A stretch of DNA of 64,000 nucleotides from a virus (Duplodnaviria > Heunggongvirae > Uroviricota > Caudoviricetes). A program made the position numbers and the translations under genes. This document shows, in pieces, positions 54,924 to 64,000 of this stretch (position 1 is its first letter; the number at the start of each line of letters is the position of its first letter). The notes below the pieces were generated by a model. It searched no databases, was not told the origin of the DNA, and saw only the letters and a program-made list of their open reading frames with translations. The stretch lies in IMG/VR virus record IMGVR_UViG_3300035208_005701; one strand, 5' to 3'.

Positions 54924-57500
54924 ATGAAAGAGATTATTTTTGATTCTTTAAAATTACATAATGTAAGATGTCATGAAGATATGGAGGTAAATTTCCCTCT
55001 TAATAAAGTTGTTGCTATAACTGGAAAAAATGGAAAAGGAAAAACAACTATTCCAAAATCTATCCAAATGGCTTTATATGGAGTAGATGATGAAGGAATA
55101 GAAATTTCAGATATGGTTTCTAAAAAAATAGGAAAAAATTTAGAAATCATTTTTAATTTCAGAATTAAAGATCAAACTACAGAAGATAAATATACTATTG
55201 AATTATATCATAATCATTCAAAGAAATCAAATAAATTATTATTTTTTAAAAATGGTATAGATATAAGTGGAAAAACAAAAACAGAAACTTACAAAATAAT
55301 AGAAACTTATATTATTCCAAGAAAAGTATATAATAATACAGTTCATTTTACTCAACAAGTAAAAGATTTTTTTACTGCTTTAACAAATTCAGATCAAAAG
55401 AAAATATTTGATTCGATACTGTCATTAGAAATATGGGATGATAGATATATTAAAACTACTTCGTCAATTTCAAAATTAGAAAGTAGTATTAAATCAACTC
55501 AGGATAATATTTTATCTTTAAATAGTACAATTTCAGAAAAAGAAAATTCATTAGTTACATTAGAAAATGATAAAATTGTAAAAATTTCAAACAATGAAAA
55601 ACTTATTCAATTAACTAAAGAAAATATTAAATCTATATCTGATAAAATTGAGTCTAATAAACAGAGTAAAAATCAGATAATTTTTAAAGATGAAGATATA
55701 TTATCAGAAAAAGAAAAGATGTATAAAATGAAGATAGAATTAAAATCTTTATCTGATAAACTTCAATCTTTTTCAAATGCTGAATTAGAGAAGATAAAAA
55801 ATTGTGAAAAAGAAATTGATACAAATTATAAAATTATTTTAAATGATAATGTAAATAGTAGAAATATATTTTATGTACAACAAGTAGATGAAATAAAAAA
55901 AGAATCTAATAAAGTATTAGAGAATAAATCAAAAATATCAGATAAATTCTCTACTTCTGCTTTAGAAAATCAAAAAAATATATTTCTAGTTGATATAAAT
56001 AAAGAAATTAAATATGTATTAAATCAAATATCTGAAGTAACTACTCAATTTTCAACTGCTGAATTAGAACAAGAAAAAAATGAAAAGATTTCAAAATTAG
56101 CAGAGAAACAAAAAGATGCATTATTAGATCTTCAAAAATTAAAAACTTCTGGAGATCAAAAAGTAAAAGAAAAAAATGAAGAATCTGTTAAATTGGAACA
56201 AGATAGAAATTTATTAAATCAACAAGAGAAACGTTGTTCTAAATGTAAACAGATTTTACAAACAGATGATTCAATTAATGAAATTTTAATAGAAATAAAA
56301 TCATTAGAAACTAAAATTGAAAATTTAACTCAAGAAATAAATAGTATAAAAATAAATTTTAATAATCTTAAAAAAGATATTGTAGATTTGGATAATGAAA
56401 AAAATACAATAATAAAAGATTATAATGAATTAATACAGATAAAAGTAGATAAAAGGAATGAAAAAAATACTGAATTACTTAGAAAGAAATTATTATTAGA
56501 ACAAGAATCTGAAAATGGAATCTTGGATATTAATAAGAAAATAGAAATTTTAAATCTTCAAAAGAATGAAGAATTATTAATAACTAATAAACAATTAAAT
56601 GATTTGAATTTTAAGATCAATGAAATTCAATTGGAACAAAATGCACAAATAAAAAAGATTAATGAAGATATAAAAAAAGAACAAGATGAAAAGAAAAAGG
56701 AACAAATAAATGTTATACTAGAACTCTTTAAAAAGGAAAAAGAGAATCTGTGGCTTGATCAAAAAATTATTGCTGTTAATATAGAAGTATCAGAAAATAA
56801 TTTAAGGAATTTAGAAGATTTGAAACAACAATCTATAATTATAGATAAAGTGATAGAGACATCAGAAATTCAATTAATAAATGAAAAAGATAAACTTTCA
56901 CAATTAGAAAATTATAAATATGACGATTCACAAATAAATAAAGTTCATCATGATATATTTAAATCTAAAACAGAATTAAGTAATTTGCAAAAATCAATTG
57001 ATGATATTATAGATAGAATAGATATTCTTAAATTTTGGAAACAAGGATTTTCTAATACAGGAATCAAAAGTATGTTAATGGACATTGCTATTCCATTTAT
57101 GAATAATATAGTATCTAAAGAATTGGAACGATTGACTCATGGAAAATTCATTGTATCATTTGATACACTTAGTGAAACAAAATTAGGAGATATAAAAGAT
57201 AAATTTAAAATAAGAATTTTAAATTGTGAGAATGGAGCAGATAAACATTGTTTGTTATCTGGTGGAGAAAAACGTTTAGTAGATCTTTGTTGTATGGAAG
57301 CTTTAAAAGCTTTAGCAGAAAATATGTATCAGAAGAAATTTTTAGTTACTATTTATGATGAAGCTTTAGATTCTTTAGATGATGATAATAGTGCAATATT
57401 TTGCAAACTAATGAAACAAATGTCTGTTAATAAAAACATAGTGATTATTACCCATAAAACATTACAACAAATGGAAGCAGATGAGGTATTAAAATTATGA
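54924..57500 (+). CDS. sbcC: SbcC / Rad50-family ATPase
   Basis: Walker A GKNGKGKTT, a long coiled coil, zinc-hook CSKCKQ, ABC signature LSGGEKR, and Walker B VTIYDEALDSLD. Confidence 0.8.
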   Translation: MKEIIFDSLKLHNVRCHEDMEVNFPLNKVVAITGKNGKGKTTIPKSIQMALYGVDDEGIEISDMVSKKIGKNLEIIFNFRIKDQTTEDKYTIELYHNHSKKSNKLLFFKNGIDISGKTKTETYKIIETYIIPRKVYNNTVHFTQQVKDFFTALTNSDQKKIFDSILSLEIWDDRYIKTTSSISKLESSIKSTQDNILSLNSTISEKENSLVTLENDKIVKISNNEKLIQLTKENIKSISDKIESNKQSKNQIIFKDEDILSEKEKMYKMKIELKSLSDKLQSFSNAELEKIKNCEKEIDTNYKIILNDNVNSRNIFYVQQVDEIKKESNKVLENKSKISDKFSTSALENQKNIFLVDINKEIKYVLNQISEVTTQFSTAELEQEKNEKISKLAEKQKDALLDLQKLKTSGDQKVKEKNEESVKLEQDRNLLNQQEKRCSKCKQILQTDDSINEILIEIKSLETKIENLTQEINSIKINFNNLKKDIVDLDNEKNTIIKDYNELIQIKVDKRNEKNTELLRKKLLLEQESENGILDINKKIEILNLQKNEELLITNKQLNDLNFKINEIQLEQNAQIKKINEDIKKEQDEKKKEQINVILELFKKEKENLWLDQKIIAVNIEVSENNLRNLEDLKQQSIIIDKVIETSEIQLINEKDKLSQLENYKYDDSQINKVHHDIFKSKTELSNLQKSIDDIIDRIDILKFWKQGFSNTGIKSMLMDIAIPFMNNIVSKELERLTHGKFIVSFDTLSETKLGDIKDKFKIRILNCENGADKHCLLSGGEKRLVDLCCMEALKALAENMYQKKFLVTIYDEALDSLDDDNSAIFCKLMKQMSVNKNIVIITHKTLQQMEADEVLKL

Positions 57501-57982
57501 TATTAAAAAATTCATCAGTATTATATTTAAGTGATTTTGATGGAACATTATGTGGGGATTCTAAGTGGTATAGTTTAATAAAAAATACAGTCAATTGTAT
57601 AAAAAAAGGTCCATATTTAAATTTAACTGATTATGATATAAGATGGAGTATATTAACTGGTCGTCCAAAAATAGATAAATGGATAATAAGATTAATATGT
57701 ATTTATCATGGATTAATTCCAGAGAAAATTTTTACATCTCCAGGTTGGAAATATAACTATAAAAATGATACTCAAAATCATTTAGATAAATTGAAAACAA
57801 TGTTTGATATAATGGATGGTGTAATTAAGTTGAATGGTAAAGAGACAATTAGTAGAATTTTTTATATAGACAATGATATTGAGTGTGTTAAATTTATTAA
57901 TTCTAACAGAAAAAATTATAGAATTTTAGCTGTTAGTGTTACTGATTTTTATAAACAAGAATTTTTATCAATTTTAATTTGA
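57497..57982 (+). CDS. HAD-superfamily phosphatase-like protein
   Basis: Motif I LYLSDFDGTLC (DxDGT). Confidence 0.45.
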   Translation: MILKNSSVLYLSDFDGTLCGDSKWYSLIKNTVNCIKKGPYLNLTDYDIRWSILTGRPKIDKWIIRLICIYHGLIPEKIFTSPGWKYNYKNDTQNHLDKLKTMFDIMDGVIKLNGKETISRIFYIDNDIECVKFINSNRKNYRILAVSVTDFYKQEFLSILI

Positions 57983-57999
57983 AAAAAGGAGTTTAGTAA

Positions 58000-58362
58000 A
58001 TGAACAATCCCAAACCAGAAACAATAAGGTTTGATCAAAATTTTGATCAAAGTATAAGAAATAAAGCTATAAAAATTCATAATATTTGTAAGATTATTAG
58101 ACAGGCTGGCTTTCCTTTAAGAACCGTAGCTGCTAATTTAAAATCAGATAGTACTAAAGTAATTAGACAGCAATTCGGATTAAAAACTGATAATCCATAT
58201 TCTATGATAGAGTTTCCAGATAAGGGAAATGATGAAAATCAAAAAGTAGTTGATTGGATTTTAACTAATAATTTGTCAGCAAAAGTAATAGATAATGGTG
58301 TTTATAAATTTCCAACTTCTAAGGTATTCAGAGTCATAATAGAATTTACTGGAAAATTATGA
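58000..58362 (+). CDS. Hypothetical protein (120 aa)
   Basis: RBS aaaaggagtttagtaaATG. Confidence 0.4.
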   Translation: MNNPKPETIRFDQNFDQSIRNKAIKIHNICKIIRQAGFPLRTVAANLKSDSTKVIRQQFGLKTDNPYSMIEFPDKGNDENQKVVDWILTNNLSAKVIDNGVYKFPTSKVFRVIIEFTGKL

Positions 58363-58363
58363 T

Positions 58364-58894
58364 ATGATATCTTCTAGTATTTCTATAGTTGGATGTGGAT
58401 TAGTAGGATCCAATATTGCTATAGCTATTTCGGAAAATAAATTATGCGAAACTATTAGATTATATGATTATTCTACTACTGTTAAAAATGAAAATTATTT
58501 TCCTTTTAAAAATGTAATTCCTGGAATAAAAAAAGCTGATATAGTTGCTTTAAATATTTTAAAATTGAATGAAAATATGAAAGTATTTTGCAATTATAAT
58601 ATTGTGGAAAATAAAATAGATGATGAATTAGTAATCGATTGCAGAGATTATAAAGATCCATGTATTTTTTCAGATATAACAATCTCATGCGATTCGCATA
58701 GTTTAATACTGGATTCAAGGAAGAATAGAGGAAATACGGATTTTAGTCATCCGTACTACTATTCAAAATTAAATTGTTCATTTTGGATAAAAATACAAGT
58801 AGATTTTATAAATAAATATTTAAAAGAAAAGAGGTATTTGGAAAATAAAAAAATTCTTTGTGATTTTAAAGATAATATAATTTTTGAATTATAA
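58364..58894 (+). CDS. Rossmann-fold protein with a weak resemblance to the E1/ThiF N-terminal region (possible second, degenerate E1-like paralog)
   Basis: ISIVGCGLVGSNIAIAIS, ...IRLYDYS..., VIDCRD (compare 52486: VLVMGVGGIGS ... ILADFD ... VIIDCRD). Confidence 0.35.
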   Translation: MISSSISIVGCGLVGSNIAIAISENKLCETIRLYDYSTTVKNENYFPFKNVIPGIKKADIVALNILKLNENMKVFCNYNIVENKIDDELVIDCRDYKDPCIFSDITISCDSHSLILDSRKNRGNTDFSHPYYYSKLNCSFWIKIQVDFINKYLKEKRYLENKKILCDFKDNIIFEL

Positions 58895-58914
58895 TCAAGG
58901 AAGGATATTTTTAT

Positions 58915-59181
58915 ATGAGTGAACGGTTTATCGGAATAGAGAATATTCAGAAAATGATAGACCAGAATGATATAGACAAAGTAGAGATAAAATCTACTTT
59001 TATTGATGATAGCAAAGTAATTAAAAAATCTTCACATAAAGATTTTTATTCTGATATTTTAGAATCAATTACTGAATTTTCTAAGAAATTTCCTCATACT
59101 CAATTTGCGACTATAATCCAAGAGGATAAGATATCTAAAAAAATTTCTTTGCTTGTTAAACCTATTCATGGGACAGCATAA
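58915..59181 (+). CDS. Hypothetical protein (88 aa)
   Basis: ORF only. Confidence 0.35.
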   Translation: MSERFIGIENIQKMIDQNDIDKVEIKSTFIDDSKVIKKSSHKDFYSDILESITEFSKKFPHTQFATIIQEDKISKKISLLVKPIHGTA

Positions 59182-59182
59182 T

Positions 59183-59770
59183 ATGAAACAAGATAGTGAA
59201 ATTTCAGGATTGATTGATGTTTTATTAAAGAAATTATTAAATGAAAATAATTCAGATGATACTATTTTTAAAGTATTAAAAAAACGATCAGATGTTTCAA
59301 ATAATATTAGCTCAGAAGATATGCAGAAAAGAATTCAAGAATTTGAATCAAGTGAATTTATAGTAAGAGAAGATGAAGATCAAATATGGGCGATAAAGGA
59401 AAAATTTATTCCTATAGAGATTGTTTCTGATTATTTTTATAGTACTGATAATGGATTTCAATATATTATTAGAATTCTTAATAATTCTCAAATAGAGGAT
59501 TTAAAAAAAGGAGGTTATGGAATTGCATCTTATAAAGTTGTTATAAGTGGAAATTTTTTAGGTGCAATTTATTGCGAAGGAAAACATCCAAATTTGGAAA
59601 TGAATAGTTCTAAGTTTTGTGTTTCTCAAGATATCAGACTTAGAAAACCAATAGTAGAAAATATGAAAATGATAGAAGAAAGTTTTACTCAAGCAGTATT
59701 ACATAGATCATTTTTTCTTTCTAGTAGTAGTATGATATCAGATATAAGAAAAATTATACACGTTAACTAA
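59183..59770 (+). CDS. Hypothetical protein (start at the ATG just after the upstream stop)
   Basis: ORF only. Confidence 0.4.
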   Translation: MKQDSEISGLIDVLLKKLLNENNSDDTIFKVLKKRSDVSNNISSEDMQKRIQEFESSEFIVREDEDQIWAIKEKFIPIEIVSDYFYSTDNGFQYIIRILNNSQIEDLKKGGYGIASYKVVISGNFLGAIYCEGKHPNLEMNSSKFCVSQDIRLRKPIVENMKMIEESFTQAVLHRSFFLSSSSMISDIRKIIHVN

Positions 59771-59798
59771 TTTACATTTTTAGATGGAAGGAGAATGC

Positions 59799-62534
59799 AT
59801 GAAATTGGAGTTTTTTAATATTGATAAATTTTGTGAAAAACTCGCCCCTATCACCTCTAATAAAATATATACTAGAAAGGGATTTCATCCTGACGGAATG
59901 TTTTCTGAGAAAATTTTTGGTCCGGTTAGAACTGGAACTTGTTCTTGTGGAATTTGGTGGGGAAGAGGAAGATTTGGAGAAACTTGCCCCCAATGTGGAG
60001 TTAAAATAACACATAGTAGCACTAGAAGAAAAATATTTGGAAAAATAGTTTTACCATTTAAAATTATTAATCCTATTATGTATTTTTTAATATCCAAAGT
60101 TGGAAAAATGACAATACATAAAATAATAGATGATATGATTGCTGATGATAAAATTAGTTACTATTATGATGAAAAGAAAAAGAAATATATCAAAGTAGTA
60201 GAATCCATTGAAGCAGGAGCCCCACCACCAGAATATCCAGAAGGAGTTAGAGTTTTTAATAGTCAACAAGGATTGCATGACTTGATTTTATCTGAAGCAG
60301 AGAAGAGGAAAGAAACAAATAGTGATTGGAATTTTATATATGAGAATTGGGATAAATTTTATATACAAAATATTATAGTTTTGCCTCCAGAATTTAGACC
60401 AGTCTCTAAATCTAAAGATGTTCAAATGAGAGATAAAATGAATGAGTTTTATCTACCCATTCTTAATTTTACATTGACTATGAATCAAGAAGATTTAGAT
60501 TCATCTATTCATTCTAAAATAAGTTCGGTCAATTTTAGAAATTTACATGAACATGTAATGAATTTGTATAATTATATATTTGATAAATTTTCCAAGAAAA
60601 CTGGATTGATTAGAGGATTTATTCTTGGAAAAAGAATAGATTTTTCAGGAAGAGCTGTAATTACTCCAGATCCTACTCTTAAATTAGATGAATGTTCTTT
60701 ACCATATACTTTAGCTTTGGAATTATATAAATTGGATGTTGCAGAAGTTCTTTTACAAAAAAGAATGCAGAAAAGATATGATCCAGCTATTAAGTATATT
60801 GATAAATGTATTGAACTTAATGATACTTGTTTAATAGATATTTTAAGACAAATTACAGCAGACAAAAGTTGTATGTTAAACAGGCAACCGACTCTTCATA
60901 GATTAGGTATTTTAACTTTCAAAATAAAAATTAATACTGATTATGTTATTAAGATTCATCCATTAGTTTGTGAACCATATAATGCAGATTTTGATGGTGA
61001 TCAGATGGCTGTATATATTAGTTTATATGAAAAGACTCAGAAAGAATCTGTAGATAGATTAGGGATTTTATCTAATCTTATTTCTCCATCTACTGGTAAC
61101 TTTTCTTTAGGAGTGAATCAAGATATTGTTTTAGGTCTTTATTATCTTACTAAAGAAGGAGAAACACCAGAAGTTATATTAGAAGATGGAACTAAAACGA
61201 CACAAGGAAGAGTGGAATTTAATAAGATTTTCCCTACTAATTTTCCATTCATGAATTGTACTATTACAAAAACTACTATTAGAGCTTTATTAAATGTATT
61301 AGTTAAAAATTATGATAGTACTATAGTAAAAGATATATTAGATAATATAAAGGATTTAGGATTTAAAGAAACTACTCTTAGAGGTTGCACAATGTCTTTG
61401 GAAAATATAGAATTTCCAGAAGCAAGAGAGATAGTTACTAAGATATGTGATGATGAAAAAACATCTATTAATGAAAAATTCTTTTTATTACAAACTCCAG
61501 ATATTAAGAAAAAGATAAAACAATCATTTCCATATTCTGATTATATAGAATCTGGTTCTAGAGGTTCTTGGGATCAAGCGAAACAGTTAACTTTTTGTAG
61601 AGGATTTATTTCTAATTCAAAAGGTGAAATCATTCCAACTCCTATTAAAAGTAGTTTGTTAGATGGTTTGAATGAAGAAGAATTTTTTATATCCTGTTAT
61701 GGATCTAGAAAAGCTTTGCTTGATGTCGCTTTAAATACTGGAGTATCTGGTTATCTTACAAGAAAACTAGTATACTGCGCAGTAAATTCTGAACTTGGTG
61801 AAGAAGATGATTGCGGAACAACTGATACTTTAAATTTATCTATTCCTAAAAATTCAGATGAAATTGATTCTGAAAAATTGATGAGAAGTTTAATAGGAAG
61901 ATGGGTAAACAATAAAGGTCAATTGGAATTAATAACTGATGATAATTATAGAACTTATATTGGAAAAGATGTAGAAGTAAGATCTCCTATATTTTGTAAG
62001 CATAATAAAATATGTAAAAAATGTTACGGGGATACATACAAATATCTTCATTCTAATTATATTGGAATATTGTCAGCTTCAGCATTAGGGGAAGTTGCTA
62101 CTCAGTTAACGTTGAGAACTTTTCATATTGGTGGTATTGCTCAAATGTCAAAAACTCAAACAGATACTAGTCAAAAAGATATTATTAATGATTTAAGTTT
62201 GGTAAAGAAAATGTTACATGGTCATGCAAAATTACCATTCGATCAATTAATAATGGAATTATTTAAAGTATATGTTAATCATAAAACTTTATTATTAGTG
62301 CATTTTGAAATTATAGTTTCTCAGATGATGAGGAAAAATGGTAAAAGATGGAGAACTCAAGATGATAGAAGTATGGAAGATTATGAACTTATTTCTATAG
62401 AAAATGTTCCGTCTAAAGAATCGTTCTTATTAGCTTTAGCATTTTCTAAACCATACAGTTATATAGTTAATGGAATTTTGGAATCCACTACTACAGATGG
62501 AATTCTTGAACGAATTATGACAAATGAAATATAA
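59799..62534 (+). CDS. Multisubunit RNA polymerase beta'-like subunit, set 2 (start at the ATG after GGAAGGAG)
   Basis: Zn-binding CSCGIWWGRGRFGETCPQCG, catalytic NADFDGDQMAV, bridge-helix SGYLTRKLVY, trigger-loop TQLTLRTFHIGG. Confidence 0.85.
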   Translation: MKLEFFNIDKFCEKLAPITSNKIYTRKGFHPDGMFSEKIFGPVRTGTCSCGIWWGRGRFGETCPQCGVKITHSSTRRKIFGKIVLPFKIINPIMYFLISKVGKMTIHKIIDDMIADDKISYYYDEKKKKYIKVVESIEAGAPPPEYPEGVRVFNSQQGLHDLILSEAEKRKETNSDWNFIYENWDKFYIQNIIVLPPEFRPVSKSKDVQMRDKMNEFYLPILNFTLTMNQEDLDSSIHSKISSVNFRNLHEHVMNLYNYIFDKFSKKTGLIRGFILGKRIDFSGRAVITPDPTLKLDECSLPYTLALELYKLDVAEVLLQKRMQKRYDPAIKYIDKCIELNDTCLIDILRQITADKSCMLNRQPTLHRLGILTFKIKINTDYVIKIHPLVCEPYNADFDGDQMAVYISLYEKTQKESVDRLGILSNLISPSTGNFSLGVNQDIVLGLYYLTKEGETPEVILEDGTKTTQGRVEFNKIFPTNFPFMNCTITKTTIRALLNVLVKNYDSTIVKDILDNIKDLGFKETTLRGCTMSLENIEFPEAREIVTKICDDEKTSINEKFFLLQTPDIKKKIKQSFPYSDYIESGSRGSWDQAKQLTFCRGFISNSKGEIIPTPIKSSLLDGLNEEEFFISCYGSRKALLDVALNTGVSGYLTRKLVYCAVNSELGEEDDCGTTDTLNLSIPKNSDEIDSEKLMRSLIGRWVNNKGQLELITDDNYRTYIGKDVEVRSPIFCKHNKICKKCYGDTYKYLHSNYIGILSASALGEVATQLTLRTFHIGGIAQMSKTQTDTSQKDIINDLSLVKKMLHGHAKLPFDQLIMELFKVYVNHKTLLLVHFEIIVSQMMRKNGKRWRTQDDRSMEDYELISIENVPSKESFLLALAFSKPYSYIVNGILESTTTDGILERIMTNEI

Positions 62535-62565
62535 AAAATTGTTTAACTAGGAAAAGGAGAATGTA

Positions 62566-64000
62566 TGTTAGAAGTACCATCTTATAAACTTCCAGCTACA
62601 AATGTATTTAATTTTAGAAGTCTTGACTGGCAGGAAAAGATAGTCGAGAATGTTTCTAAAATGCTGGAAGCCGGTAGAAAGTATGGGATACTTGTAAATA
62701 GTATATCGATTGATTATCCAGAAAAAGTAGATGTAGCTGAATTAAAAAGAACTACATATAAAGTGTTAAATATAGATTTGAATTATGATGGAGGAGAGAA
62801 AACTCAACAATTGCATTATGATATCCCTTGGTTGGTTAATAATCATTTCTATATTGGAGGAAATCAAAAAGTTACAATTTATCAGTTATTTGATATTCCA
62901 ATGATTTGTAGAAAAAATATAATAAAAATTAGAACTAATATTCAATCATTTCTATTAGAAAAAGTATCATCTAAACGTCATATTTATAATTATCATTTAA
63001 GTATTTTTGGAAAAAAAGTTGCATTTGCGTTTATAGTTGTAGCTTTTTATGGAGTAGAAGGAGTAAAACAAAAATTCTTATTGGATGATAATTATGAATA
63101 TGTTGGTGAAATGAAGTTGAAATCTGACTATAAATTATTACTTGATGATATTGTTTCTGTTTTAAGAGATGATACACTTGATAAAAATAGATTATTGGGT
63201 CAAGTATTTCCTAGAAAAAATGATCCAGATATAGTTGATGATTTGAAATTAATTACAGAAGTAGATATATATAGTAAGAAATTTATGTATACTGATAATG
63301 TAATTGATGAATTCATTTATGGTATAAATCATAATAAAGCTGATGATTGTGATTATAATAACAAAAGAATAAGATTTTCTGAACAGATTATTTATTGTAA
63401 TTTGGCAAAAGATTTTTATTCTATGATTAATGTTTTAAAGAAAAATAAAAAGTCGAAATTTACAAATAATTCAAAATCTATTTTACAGGGGATAAATGTA
63501 AGTAGTATCACCCAATTTGATTTTTCTATTAATCCTTTGGGCGAATTAGCTTTATTAATTAGAACTTCTTTGAGTGGACCTGGTGGATTTGAAAAACAAA
63601 ATGTTCCTTCTTATTTAAGAGATTTGCATCCTTCTCAATTAGGATTGATAGATCCTGCAGATACGGCTGATAGAGATGGTTGTGGAACTATTCAATATTT
63701 AAATCCATCTGTAAGAATTGATGAAAATGGAAAATTTTACAAAGGTGATCATAACAATATAACTTCTATTGCAGTTAGTCATGTTCCATTTTTCGAACAT
63801 GATGATGCTACTAGATTGCAAATGTCATCTTCTCAACAGAGACATTCTATAATGTTGAAGAATTTTGATACTCCGATGATTCAAACTGGAGTAGAAGGAA
63901 TGTATACTGAACATACTTCCTTTTTATTTAAAGCTGAAAGAGATGGTATAGTGTTACATTTAGATGATGATATTATTATTGTTCAATATGATAATAAATC
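62566..64000 (+). CDS. Multisubunit RNA polymerase beta-like subunit, set 2 (3'-partial; continues past the window end)
   Basis: ...LSGPGGFEKQNVPSYLRDLHPSQLGLIDPADTADRDGCGTIQYLN matches the RpoB ..GPGGL...VRDVHP.HYGR.CPIETPEG.N.GLIN region. Paralogous to 2522..6634. Confidence 0.7.

Noticed and set aside
59821-60009. +strand 62-aa ORF inside the beta' gene
   Set aside because: Alternate frame of the RNAP beta' N-terminus, which has the conserved zinc-finger reading frame.
1106-60865. All 21 minus-strand ORFs in the track (for example 1106..1324, 4528..4716, 7865..8098, 16190..16402, 26006..26209, 27165..27377, 33321..33518, 42376..42636, 48418..48609, 52467..52775, 58506..58718, 59772..60278, 60572..60865, 24600..24800)
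   Set aside because: Each lies fully inside, or antisense to, a well-supported + strand gene or RNA (48418..48609 covers tRNA-His). None has an RBS or any motif, and the whole window is otherwise uni-directional. They are antisense artefacts of AT-rich sequence.
1-64000. CRISPR array or other long direct-repeat array
   Set aside because: No spaced identical direct repeats were seen. The only tandem repeats are coding (the HEAT repeats and the Cys-triplet repeat).

Overview
This is a strongly AT-rich, gene-dense window. Essentially every credible gene is on the + strand, with short or overlapping junctions (ATGA, TAAATG) and a Firmicutes-type Shine-Dalgarno (AAAGGAG plus 6-9 nt plus ATG). I read the content as a large (jumbo-type) virulent phage of a low-GC Gram-positive host, for the following reasons. 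There are two divergent sets of multisubunit RNA polymerase beta/beta'-like genes, one at each end of the window. There is a T4-type topoisomerase II whose gene is broken by a contiguous mini-intein and by a split intein with a free-standing nuclease gene sitting between the halves. There is a T4-like RNA-repair pair (Rnl1-like ligase and Pnk kinase/phosphatase). There are also SbcCD, QueD, an SF2 helicase, an HNH endonuclease, two calcineurin-like phosphoesterases, a papain-like peptidase, a class-3 lipase, an SPFH protein, a vWA protein, a PncA-like amidase, a eukaryote-like Ser/Thr kinase with a PP2C-like phosphatase, and a GNAT. RNA genes on the + strand are a tmRNA with a recognisable tag reading frame and three tRNAs (Pro-UGG, Leu-UAG, His-GUG). 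Three accessory modules stand out as candidate novel systems. First, at 39.9-48.2 kb, seven paralogous small proteins share an invariant N-terminus, MKxRNGFVSNSSSSSFI, and are interleaved with a radical SAM/SPASM enzyme, a catalytically degenerate paralog of it and small zinc-ribbon proteins; a third radical SAM gene lies at 8.6 kb. Second, a roughly 26-fold (xxC)n cysteine-repeat protein sits between the RNA ligase and Pnk. Third, a contiguous E2-like / E1 (ThiF) / JAB-MPN operon looks like a ubiquitin-like conjugation module. There is also a segmental duplication with decaying pseudogene copies (30.0-30.9 kb versus 32.6-34.3 kb), several rho-independent-terminator-like hairpins, and a long inverted repeat upstream of the GNAT gene. 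I found no CRISPR array. All minus-strand ORFs in the track look like antisense artefacts.
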